DNA of 64,000 nucleotides from SAR324 cluster bacterium (GCA_014382365.1 JACNJW010000040.1:15589-79588); one strand, 5' to 3'. Counted from the stretch's first letter, positions 37,513 to 46,179 are shown. Notes: generated by a model from the letters alone, not told the origin. Numbers and translations are program-made.

Positions 37513-39140
37513 GAATCCTTTTTATTCCAAATTTTAGCCAGTTCCTGATGCACATGACGCATAAAAACGTTGCGGTGCAGATCTCGGAGTTGATTTATCC
37601 GCTCCTTATCTGCATCATCTTCTTCACGTTGTTTTTCAAAACCCTGCTGTTGTTCTTGATAATATTGCCGTGTTTCTTCTGTATATTCCTTCATAATTTT
37701 TTCAGTCACCGATGACTCAGCATCGAGTAACAGATAAGGTACTGAGACCCTGGCTCCAGTGCTTAACCGTGAACGCTCAAAACGTTCCATCACTCTGGCT
37801 ACAAGTGCTTCCTCAATCTCTGAACTGCTTTGCAGTTCATCAAAAGACAGACTTCGTTCGCGGATTTGAGACATGGAACTGTCTGCAGTTTTTGCCAGAT
37901 CTGGATTTTTCTTCTTCAGTTCTCCTGTACTGTCAAGTATCATGTTCCATTGTTCAGCACTCACCTGTCCTGAAAGTTCTCCAATTCGGCCTAGTCCGTC
38001 AAAAGAAACCGGTAATTTTTTTGCAGTTTCAGCTAATTCCTCCGCCAGCTTTTCCAGTTCACTTGGCGAAACACTGACATCTTTCATGGCCAGCACAGCC
38101 GCCAGTGCATCCTCTGCAGGAAACTCCTTGAGGATTACAGCCATTTCACCAGGATCCATTTGACTGAAAACTGCAGCCTGTTGAGCTGGTTTTATTTTCT
38201 GCAGCAGATTAACTCGAATTCCTGCAGGCATCCTGCGAACAAAACCGAAATAATCTATTTTGCCTTCATCATCATCTGCCCCATCTTCTTCATCAGGAAG
38301 ATCCAGTTCCTCTTCTTCCTCCTCTGTTTCCGGTGCCATGCTTTCAATAGCAGTTGCAACTTTTCCAAGTGTAGACTGTAAAGGATGTTCTTTTTCCTCT
38401 TTCTCACGAGTACTGCGGGAGACAAAAAAGAAGAGGGCAAGGGTCAACAACAACAGAACTCCAAGTGTGCCAATTATGGCCCATTGAGCAGGTGTAATTG
38501 CTTCAGTACCTTCAGGCACATATTCAGGAATTAACTGCTCCACTCCCAGCATTTCATAACCTGCTGGAAATTCTGCACTTATTGCTGCTGCCTGTTTCAG
38601 CATTTCCTGTGCTGCAACCGGTTCATCAAGATTTAAATTTGCACGTGCACCAACCAGTAAATTTACATATTCAACCAGTTTTGCAGAAAAATCCGGCCGC
38701 TCGATTTGTAGTTTTTCTATAACAACTGACTGTTCAAAACGGTCCTGAGATTTTAATTCAGTAATTTCTGAACGTATCCGCATTTCCACTTGATCTAAAT
38801 TTACTGCATCGTTGACCGTTAAAATTATACTGCGGTAATTGAAGACTACTTTCACGTCATTTTCACTAGTAATAATTTTCACTCCAGGAAGCAGATCACT
38901 GTCTTTTTTTACAGGTGTATTATCCAAAACTGAATGCATTACTACTGAAACGTCAATATATTTTTCAGCTAGAGTTTTACGCAGAATTTTATGAATCCGT
39001 TCACGCATCTCCGGTTCCGGCCGGCTGCGACTTAAAATTTCCGCCTGACAGTAACTAATACTGAGGAAAATGAAAACCAGGCTGCAGCTTATAATGCTTA
39101 GAATTTTTTTGTTCATAATGTGGTATGTGTTCATGGACAA
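37509..39140 (-). CDS. Bitopic inner-membrane protein with a cytoplasmic FliG/MgtE_N-like helical repeat, 543 aa. It has an N-terminal signal or TM1, a ~190-aa periplasmic domain and TM2 (WAIIGTLGVLLLLTLALFFFV) followed by positive charges. The cytoplasmic part starts with an acidic stretch (EEEEEELDLPDEEDGADDDEG). A FliG-like ARM-type segment follows: LQKIKPAQQAAVFSQMDPGEMAVILKEFPAEDALAAVLAMKDVSVSPSELEKLAEELAE. The C-terminus is coiled-coil and charged.
   Basis: ORF 37509..39140 (-); an alternative start at Met9 (39116) is possible. The FliG-like assignment comes from my pattern match to the FliG middle/C-domain repeat (...L..EHPQTIALvLSyLdP.kAAeVLs.LPeELradVayRIAtl.rVSPEvleEVE..LE...). It needs HHpred or structure prediction. 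The gene is translationally coupled to the MotA-like gene. Confidence 0.6.
   Translation of the reverse strand: MSMNTYHIMNKKILSIISCSLVFIFLSISYCQAEILSRSRPEPEMRERIHKILRKTLAEKYIDVSVVMHSVLDNTPVKKDSDLLPGVKIITSENDVKVVFNYRSIILTVNDAVNLDQVEMRIRSEITELKSQDRFEQSVVIEKLQIERPDFSAKLVEYVNLLVGARANLNLDEPVAAQEMLKQAAAISAEFPAGYEMLGVEQLIPEYVPEGTEAITPAQWAIIGTLGVLLLLTLALFFFVSRSTREKEEKEHPLQSTLGKVATAIESMAPETEEEEEELDLPDEEDGADDDEGKIDYFGFVRRMPAGIRVNLLQKIKPAQQAAVFSQMDPGEMAVILKEFPAEDALAAVLAMKDVSVSPSELEKLAEELAETAKKLPVSFDGLGRIGELSGQVSAEQWNMILDSTGELKKKNPDLAKTADSSMSQIRERSLSFDELQSSSEIEEALVARVMERFERSRLSTGARVSVPYLLLDAESSVTEKIMKEYTEETRQYYQEQQQGFEKQREEDDADKERINQLRDLHRNVFMRHVHQELAKIWNKKDS
37990..38250 (-). other. FliG/MgtE_N-like helical repeat segment within the 543-aa protein (approximate coordinates).
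   Basis: Residues about 300-380, with the motif IKPAQQAAVFSQMDPGEMAVILKEFPAEDALAAVLAMKDVSVSPSELEKLAEEL. Confidence 0.5.
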
Positions 39141-39485
39141 GCAATATTTTGGTGGTGAAAATATTTGTTTTCAGTATATTTTCAGCTAATTTAATCTCTC
39201 ATTAACCCTCTTTATTACGCTTTGACGGAAGATTTGTCAAGCATAATTACATGCCATTGTTAGTAAAATTTGTCAGGCAGATCAATTTTTTTACAGATTT
39301 TAATTATATCCCTTTCATCTGCCAACAATAATATTATTTTTTTATTTTCTGTTAGATATTCGTTGCAAATTAAAGACATCTCAGTTAGTCTTGGTCTTTA
39401 GTCATCTTGCATAATTTGCCAATCTGCGTAAAAGATTGTATTCCTCAAATAAAAAATGTCTGGAACAATCTTAAAAGGTACTCAC
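39141..39485. promoter_or_regulatory. AT-rich 345-bp divergent intergenic region. It lies between the minus-strand motor/adhesin array (starting at 39140) and the plus-strand pal-like/tolQ/tolR/lpxB/tldD array. Divergent promoters are likely. It contains a 9-bp direct repeat ATTTGTCAR (39232-39240 and 39268-39276).
   Basis: The position between divergently oriented first genes, the AT richness and a direct repeat seen by eye. No consensus sigma70 boxes were confidently identified. Confidence 0.3.
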
Positions 39486-40685
39486 ATGCTAAAATATTTT
39501 ACTATTTCGTTAGTTCTTTTGTCTCTCCTTTTTGCCGGATGCAGTTCAAAAAGTCCGGAACCTCAAGTAGTAGAAGAAGAACCTGTTGTTGAAGAAGAAA
39601 AAACTGCTGTTGTTGAAGAAGAAACTGCTGTTGAAATAAGTCCTGAGGAGGAAAACAAACTAGACTTAGAACATCAAATAAACATAGAAGAGCAGGAAAA
39701 ACTTCAGGAAGAAAAAATTACTGAACTACTGACCCAGGAAAGTGTTGCAGAAACAGAAGATTCTGCGCCTGCATCAACAGAAAGTTTGTTAGTGGCCGAA
39801 GCCGAGCAGGAAACTCAGGAAGTAATTCAACCTGAATTACAAAATGATGAATCCGACTCTTCCGCAGAGATTTTACCTGCAACAGAACCAAAATCACAGG
39901 AACCACCCGTAGAGGAAACTCAGACAGATGGAACTCCGGCAGAAGAAACTCAGACAGAGGAAGCTGTTCAGGAAATAATAGAGGAAACGGTGCAGGTTGT
40001 AGTAACGGAGGCAACCGAGGAAACTGTAGTCGAAGCCGCACAATCTCGAGCAGAGAAAGTGCAAACTCAGGAAACTCAGTCAGAAACAGTTGAAGATTCA
40101 GTAGCAGAAGAAACTAAAAAAACTACTCCGGATGTAGTCGCTATCATAGTATCACCACAGGTCGAACCAAAGCCTGATCTTTTTATTCCGGAAGCACCGT
40201 TGGCACTTTCCTCTGCCAATAGACTTGTATCCTGTAGCAAGGTACCGGAACTGATGGCAGCAATTCATCAACGCCTGCTTAAAACAAAAGAATTAGATAT
40301 TGCAGACAGGAGACTTCGTGACAAAACAAATGATCGACTGATGCCTGTCATACACTTTGATTTTGATAAAATAGTTATCAAAACTGACTATATAAAACTA
40401 TTACGCCAGCAAAGTTCCTGTGTGCTGAAAAATGTGGAGTCACGTGGTGACATGATTATTCAGATTGAAGGTCATGCAGATGAACGGGGTAGCGACGAAT
40501 ACAACATGGCTTTAGGACATCGCCGGGCTAACTCAGTTTCAAATGCGATTTTGGCCTATCTCACCGACTCTTCACTTGCACAAATCTTCAGTTTTGGTGA
40601 AGAATATCCGCTGGTTTCTGAATCCAACAAAAATGCCTGGGCCCAAAACAGGAGAGTGGAATTCACTTTATTGCTTAAACCATAA
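39486..40685 (+). CDS. OmpA-family / Pal-like peptidoglycan-associated lipoprotein, about 399 aa from Met11. The lipobox is LLFAGC. A ~200-aa acidic Glu/Gln/Thr-rich low-complexity region follows. The C-terminus is an OmpA/Pal domain (GHADERGSDEYNMALGHRRANSVSNAIL).
   Basis: The ORF track start is 39456. The signal peptide begins at the internal Met (MLKYFTISLVLLSLLFAGCSS), so 39486 is preferred. OmpA/Pal C-terminal motifs are present. Confidence 0.75.
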   Translation: MLKYFTISLVLLSLLFAGCSSKSPEPQVVEEEPVVEEEKTAVVEEETAVEISPEEENKLDLEHQINIEEQEKLQEEKITELLTQESVAETEDSAPASTESLLVAEAEQETQEVIQPELQNDESDSSAEILPATEPKSQEPPVEETQTDGTPAEETQTEEAVQEIIEETVQVVVTEATEETVVEAAQSRAEKVQTQETQSETVEDSVAEETKKTTPDVVAIIVSPQVEPKPDLFIPEAPLALSSANRLVSCSKVPELMAAIHQRLLKTKELDIADRRLRDKTNDRLMPVIHFDFDKIVIKTDYIKLLRQQSSCVLKNVESRGDMIIQIEGHADERGSDEYNMALGHRRANSVSNAILAYLTDSSLAQIFSFGEEYPLVSESNKNAWAQNRRVEFTLLLKP

Positions 40686-40693
40686 ATACATAA

Positions 40694-41374
40694 ATGGATT
40701 TTTTATCTCTCCCGTTTACTACTGATTTCAGTAGTATTGCCTTTAGTGTTCTTGCAGTGCTTTTTGCCTGTTCTGTGATTGTCTGGATCACGTTGTTCAT
40801 GAAGTTTTTCAGCCTTATCCGGGCAAAGTTTCTTCAGTCACGTGCCCTAAAACTACTGGAAAACACAAAACGTGTTGATGAACTACGCTTGCGGTTCGCA
40901 AAGATGCCCAATAATCCGCTCCAGGAAATGTTCACACTTGGAGATCGGGAACTTAAGAGGTTCCTTAAATCAAATCCTGCATCAGATTATGGCCACCGCC
41001 GGGAATTAATGGACCGACTGGAAAGGATGCTGGAAGCTCGAATTTTGCTGGCAGAGAAAGATCTAAATGCCGGCCAGGCTCTGCTGGCAACCATCGCTGT
41101 CACATCTCCGTTTATTGGTTTATTTGGCACTGTGATTGGTGTAATTAACACTTTCATGAGTATTTCTGAGTTCAATTCAGTTGATCTGTCTGTGATCAGT
41201 CCAGGCATTGCTGAGGCGCTTGTAGCTACTGCGGCCGGTTTGTTTGCGGCAATTCCTGCTACTTTAGGCTACAACCTCTTTCGTGCAACGATCCGGGGAA
41301 TGACTGAGACAATGGATTATTTTGCACTGCAACTTCTGCATCACCTTCAACAGCATTTGCTGCCAAAAAAATGA
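40694..41374 (+). CDS. TolQ/ExbB-family proton channel (MotA/TolQ/ExbB family), 226 aa.
   Basis: It has three TM helices with the signature TIAVTSPFIGLFGTVIGVINTF. It is adjacent to an ExbD/TolR-like gene and a Pal-like gene. Confidence 0.85.
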   Translation: MDFLSLPFTTDFSSIAFSVLAVLFACSVIVWITLFMKFFSLIRAKFLQSRALKLLENTKRVDELRLRFAKMPNNPLQEMFTLGDRELKRFLKSNPASDYGHRRELMDRLERMLEARILLAEKDLNAGQALLATIAVTSPFIGLFGTVIGVINTFMSISEFNSVDLSVISPGIAEALVATAAGLFAAIPATLGYNLFRATIRGMTETMDYFALQLLHHLQQHLLPKK

Positions 41375-41793
41375 GAAAATTTCGACATGCCCGGCGACTC
41401 CGTGGGGAACTGATGTCTGAAATCAACATCACTCCCTTTGTAGATGTCTTATTGGTACTTCTGGTGGCCTTTTTGATTTCTGCACCTTTATTGACTCTTG
41501 CACTGCCTGTTCAGTTACCTAAAGGAAATATAAAAGAACGTCTTCCTGCTTACGAAAAATCAATCCTGGCAGTCGTCAACAACCAACAGCAAATTCTAAT
41601 TCTAGACAAGATTTATTCACTTAAAAGCCTTTCATTATCATTGACTGATGATGTTAATTTGTGGCAGAGTAAACTACCAATCTATGTGGAAATGGATAAA
41701 AATGTTCCTTACGGAACTCTAATGGAACTAATGCTGCTTTTTAAGAATGCCGGCTTTCCGCAAGTAGGACTTGTATTCAAAAAAGACTCCTGA
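41371..41793 (+). CDS. TolR/ExbD-family biopolymer transport protein, 140 aa.
   Basis: The N-terminal motif MSEINITPFVDVLLVLLVAFLI is typical of ExbD/TolR. It overlaps tolQ-like by 4 nt. Confidence 0.8.
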   Translation: MRKFRHARRLRGELMSEINITPFVDVLLVLLVAFLISAPLLTLALPVQLPKGNIKERLPAYEKSILAVVNNQQQILILDKIYSLKSLSLSLTDDVNLWQSKLPIYVEMDKNVPYGTLMELMLLFKNAGFPQVGLVFKKDS

Positions 41794-41837
41794 TTCAACA
41801 CCTGCCATAGTCTAAAACCACCTTCCTGAAATACTCG

Positions 41838-42971
41838 ATGAAACTTATGATGGTTGCCGGAGAAGCATCCGGAGATGCTCATGGAGCAGGTCTGATTAGT
41901 AGTTTGAGACAAAATCTAAAGTCTGCAGAGATATTTGGTATCGGCGGTGAAAAAATGCTGAGAGCTGGTTTCCGTCCATATTACCTGCTGGATTCTTTGC
42001 AGACACATGGTTTAGTCGAGGTAATACGGCATCTTCCACGTCTCTACCGGATTCTCTGGAGGATGCGGGACGCCTTGTTAGAAGAACGCCCGGATGCACT
42101 AATCCTGATTGATTATCCGGGTTTTAATCTCAAATTGGCTGCTTATGCTAAAGCTGCAGGAATTCCGGTAATATTTTTCAACAGTCCACAAATTTGGGCC
42201 TGGCGTAAAGGCAGATTAGCAACCATCAAACGTGTGGTTGATAAGATGATTGTACTCTTTCCCTTCGAAGAAATAATTTATCAACAGGCTGGAGTAGATG
42301 TCAGTTGGGTTAGTCACCCTCTATTGGATGAAATTCAGGAAAATACAGACTCCAATGCATTTCTAAAACGAAACGGACTGCAGGAAGATCTTCCGCTGCT
42401 GTTGCTTGCCCCAGGCAGCCGACCAAGCGAAATGAGAAGGCACCTGCCAGTTATGCTTGAGTCGCTACCGGAAATTCAGAAAATAACGGGAAATATCCAG
42501 TGCATTCTGCCTGTTGCTGAGTCACTCAATTTACAGCTGGTAAAACAGGCAGTTCAATCATCAATGGTTCCAGTAACTCTCGTTACAGAACATTTTGTTG
42601 AAGCATTGCAGGCTTGTGATGCAGCAATTGTTGCTTCTGGAACTGCTTCACTGCAAACTGGACTTGCACTCAAACCGTTCGTAATAGTTTATCGGGTTTC
42701 AGCACTAACATACTGGCTTGCACGTAGACTGGCGGATACTAAATATATTGGTCTGGTTAATGTGCTGGCCGAAAAAGAAATCGTTCCAGAATTACTGCAA
42801 AATGATTTTAACGTCAGTAAGATAACAACTGCAACTGTTCGCCTCTTGCAGGATGAAGACTATCGTGAAACAATGATCAGCCAACTGCAAACAACACGCA
42901 GCAAGCTTGGTGAGCCTGGAGCCTATAACAAGGCTGCAGACTGTATTGAATCCTTTCTAGCTGCAGACTGA
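41838..42971 (+). CDS. lpxB: Lipid-A-disaccharide synthase (LpxB), 377 aa.
   Basis: The N-terminus MKLMMVAGEASGDAHGAGLI matches the LpxB consensus (...VAGETSGDxLGAxLI...). The length is typical. Confidence 0.88.
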   Translation: MKLMMVAGEASGDAHGAGLISSLRQNLKSAEIFGIGGEKMLRAGFRPYYLLDSLQTHGLVEVIRHLPRLYRILWRMRDALLEERPDALILIDYPGFNLKLAAYAKAAGIPVIFFNSPQIWAWRKGRLATIKRVVDKMIVLFPFEEIIYQQAGVDVSWVSHPLLDEIQENTDSNAFLKRNGLQEDLPLLLLAPGSRPSEMRRHLPVMLESLPEIQKITGNIQCILPVAESLNLQLVKQAVQSSMVPVTLVTEHFVEALQACDAAIVASGTASLQTGLALKPFVIVYRVSALTYWLARRLADTKYIGLVNVLAEKEIVPELLQNDFNVSKITTATVRLLQDEDYRETMISQLQTTRSKLGEPGAYNKAADCIESFLAAD

Positions 42972-43025
42972 ACTCAACTTGTCTTCCAATCATAATTTTT
43001 AACAAACAAATAGTCTTAATACTAA

Positions 43026-44525
43026 ATGAATTCTTCCCAAATATCACTTGAAACCAGCAATATAGCCCAGCACCTGACACACACTTTGTCTGCAGAGGAA
43101 GCAGTAAAGCAGCTGTTTGAGGTACAGATGGGTATTGACCAGCAGGTACTTCGTCAATTATTGAATACTGCACTTCACCGGGGAGGTGATTTTGCAGACA
43201 TTTATTTTGAGTACAGCACAAGAAATTCAGTAGTAATGGAGGACGGCATCATCAAAAACTCTGCTGTAGCAGTAGTTTCCGGAGTGGGAATACGTGTAGT
43301 ACAGGGTGATCAGACAGGCTATGCATACAGTGAAGATTTTGCCTTAAAACCAATGCTGCATGCAGCTCGTTCAGCAGCAGCGATTGCTTCCAGCGGAGAG
43401 GTCTTGCTGGAAGATGGTTTTCGATTTAACGAACTGCTTCCCCCCAATTATTACCCTGTTCTGGAAACAGTAACAGATTTGGAGCTTTTGCAAAAAATAG
43501 AGCTGGTCAAACGTACAGAAGCCGCCGCCAAAGCCTTCGATGAAAAAATTGTTCGTGTAACCGTTGCCGTGATGGATGCACTCAACCTGACTCAGGTCAT
43601 CACTTCAGAAGGTTCAATTTTACGTGACACTCGACCAATGTTCCGCATGAATGTACATTGCGTTTCGCAAGAAGGCAAGAACATTCAAAACGGTAGTTCA
43701 GGAATAGGTGGACGTGTAGGTCTGGAATATTTAAAAAATGCCGATCATGCAGTAATTTTAGGTGAACAGGCAGCATCAGAAGCAATTTTGCTGCTAAGTG
43801 CTGTACAGGCTCCATCAGGATTAATGCCGGTTGTTTTAGGTCCGGCTCAATCAGGAATTTTGCTGCATGAAGCCGTTGGCCATCCACTGGAAGCTGATTT
43901 TAACCGTAAAGGAAGTTCTGCCTACAGTGGTCGTATCGGCGAAAAAGTTGCTTCTGAACTCTGTACTATTTTTGATTCCGGTACCATTCCACATGAACGC
44001 GGTGCATTAAATTTTGATGATGAAGGAGTGCCATCTGCAGAAAACTTATTAATCGAAAAAGGGGTTTTACGCAATTACATGCATGACCGGATTAGTGCCA
44101 GACATTTTCGTACTAATCCCTCAGGAAACGGACGCCGCGAATCCTATGCCCATTATCCAATACCACGGATGACATCCACTTTTTTAGCTCAGGGAGAATC
44201 TGAACCTGAGGAGATAATCGGTTCCATAAAAAAAGGGGTTTATTGTCAGGAGTTCAGTGGCGGACAAGTAGATATTTCAAATGGTGATTTTGTCTTTGTG
44301 CCAACAGTTGCCTGGTTGATTGAAGATGGCAAGAAAATTGTTCCTATAAAAAATTTCACGCTGATCGGCAATGGTCCAGATTCAATGTCAAAAGTCAGTA
44401 TGGTAGGCAATGATTTTGCTATGAGTGAAGGTATCTGGACTTGCGGTAAAGAAGGCCAGAATGTGCCGGTAGGAGTTGGGCTGCCGACTGTCTTGATTTC
44501 AGAAATGACTGTTGGCGGGATGTAA
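43026..44525 (+). CDS. tldD: TldD/PmbA-family metalloprotease (TldD-like), 499 aa.
   Basis: The HExxxH motif HEAVGHPLEADF is present. The length and overall pattern match TldD. Confidence 0.8.
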   Translation: MNSSQISLETSNIAQHLTHTLSAEEAVKQLFEVQMGIDQQVLRQLLNTALHRGGDFADIYFEYSTRNSVVMEDGIIKNSAVAVVSGVGIRVVQGDQTGYAYSEDFALKPMLHAARSAAAIASSGEVLLEDGFRFNELLPPNYYPVLETVTDLELLQKIELVKRTEAAAKAFDEKIVRVTVAVMDALNLTQVITSEGSILRDTRPMFRMNVHCVSQEGKNIQNGSSGIGGRVGLEYLKNADHAVILGEQAASEAILLLSAVQAPSGLMPVVLGPAQSGILLHEAVGHPLEADFNRKGSSAYSGRIGEKVASELCTIFDSGTIPHERGALNFDDEGVPSAENLLIEKGVLRNYMHDRISARHFRTNPSGNGRRESYAHYPIPRMTSTFLAQGESEPEEIIGSIKKGVYCQEFSGGQVDISNGDFVFVPTVAWLIEDGKKIVPIKNFTLIGNGPDSMSKVSMVGNDFAMSEGIWTCGKEGQNVPVGVGLPTVLISEMTVGGM

Positions 44526-44607
44526 CTAATTTGCAGACTGCAATGCTTAAATATTCACACTTAGTGCAACAAAATATTTCGACAAAATCTAATTCTTTCT
44601 ACTACTA

Positions 44608-46179
44608 TTATAACTGCTGTTGTTCTTCAGACAAATTGGATATTTCACAACTCAGTATTGCAAGTTCCAGACAGTCAAGCATGTGTTCATCCAAAAGCGG
44701 CTGGTAGTTCACAGTGTCTTTGGCAACTGCAGTTTTAACTTTAGCCAACATTTCATTTTTTTTAACAAACTGATCTAACTGTTCTGCTAAATGAGTGGTT
44801 TGTGCTGTGATTTTATTTAACCGCCCGGATGCTTTGATCCATTCTTTTGCAAAATTAGCCATTTCTGTCAGCTTGGTAAAACTGTGGCGTTCATCAGTTT
44901 CCACGTGATCACCCCAAAACTCGCCCATTCCCAGAGAAACTGCTTTGTCTCCCATCCGCTCCAAAAATGACTGCTTGCTTTTAAATATCTCAAACAGGTC
45001 AAAAGTAATGATTTTTTCCTCATCTCCGGCCTTTACCGGTCTCTTCAGTTCTTTGAGCCGCAACTCATGACGCTTGATATCCTTTATTATTCTCTTTCTT
45101 GAATTATTCAGCTGTTGATATTCATCTTCATCCTCTAAGTGTGACTTTTCTATGATGCTGATGGAGTGAATTACCTCTTTTAATTTCTCTTTAACATTTT
45201 TAATGCTTTCCTCTTCAGCCTCAATTTTAACTGCAAGCTGATCTTCCTGTTTAACCTTTCGTTCCTCCTGTTTGCTGATAATTGTTTTTTTACGCAGGGC
45301 AACTCTGACTGGAAAAGTGTCTTTAGTAAATTTCCAGGAATTAAAAAAAACAATATCCACTTTTTCAAAATCTGCTGAATTAAAGACATAATCTGCAATA
45401 TTTGCCTTTGACAATTCGTCTTCAGCATGATCATTCCTGAATTTTTCAATCTTGTTTGCCAGTTCATTGGAAGGCATAAAAGAAAGAAATTTTCGGCTGA
45501 AATCTATTTTCACCAGCCCATCCTGTGTACGCTGACCAAGATCATCTATAATCATCACATTGATCAAACCTTTCATCAGACCGTCTAAAATTGCAACTCC
45601 AGTAATCTTCTCAATTGCAGTACTGAGAATGTAACCGATACCCTGATAGTATGGCTTTTCTACTTCAGTAATTTCTTGTTCCAGCTTGCTAACCAGTTCC
45701 TGAAATTGTAGTAGTATTTTTTGTTTGTTGCGCAAAACAGCATCAGTCACTGCCAACTTGAAGAATTTCGGGTCTTTTTCACGTTCTTCACAAATCTGCA
45801 GAATTTCCTTGTAACGACTTGTCAGCTTTGTCAATTGTTCCGTGTCACTTGAAGCTGTTTTTTCCTGCAATAGATCTGGGCTACCTGGCACACGGAATAC
45901 CTGTTTGACACTGTCTGCATCCGGAGTTATTCCCAGTGGGAGATCTCCGGGAAAACTTAAAATCCATTTGTATTTTTTCTGCTTTTCTTCCGGATAATTC
46001 GTTTCATCAATTGCAACCGTGACATCCGTTTTTAGTAAACGATCTACTAAAGTTTTCATGTAACTTTTACGTAAATCTTTACTGAGAAGCAATAATATCA
46101 GTTTGTTTTTTTCCGCTTCACCTGCCTGGAGATCTGTGTCTTGAACCTGATCAACCATATTTGCCTCATTCGTCGTCAA
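44608..46179 (-). CDS. Hypothetical cytoplasmic protein, 523 aa, charged and coiled-coil rich, with no recognisable motif. It overlaps the upstream gene by 14 nt.
   Basis: ORF 44608..46179 (-). It is convergent with tldD and co-operonic with 46166..47722. Confidence 0.55.
   Translation of the reverse strand: MTTNEANMVDQVQDTDLQAGEAEKNKLILLLLSKDLRKSYMKTLVDRLLKTDVTVAIDETNYPEEKQKKYKWILSFPGDLPLGITPDADSVKQVFRVPGSPDLLQEKTASSDTEQLTKLTSRYKEILQICEEREKDPKFFKLAVTDAVLRNKQKILLQFQELVSKLEQEITEVEKPYYQGIGYILSTAIEKITGVAILDGLMKGLINVMIIDDLGQRTQDGLVKIDFSRKFLSFMPSNELANKIEKFRNDHAEDELSKANIADYVFNSADFEKVDIVFFNSWKFTKDTFPVRVALRKKTIISKQEERKVKQEDQLAVKIEAEEESIKNVKEKLKEVIHSISIIEKSHLEDEDEYQQLNNSRKRIIKDIKRHELRLKELKRPVKAGDEEKIITFDLFEIFKSKQSFLERMGDKAVSLGMGEFWGDHVETDERHSFTKLTEMANFAKEWIKASGRLNKITAQTTHLAEQLDQFVKKNEMLAKVKTAVAKDTVNYQPLLDEHMLDCLELAILSCEISNLSEEQQQL

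Noticed and set aside
44526-44607. A short inverted repeat (TTGCAG-A-CTGCAA) between convergent tldD and the 523-aa gene, as a possible bidirectional terminator.
   Set aside because: The stem is only 6 bp with a 1-nt loop and there is no clear U-tract. It is too weak to call.
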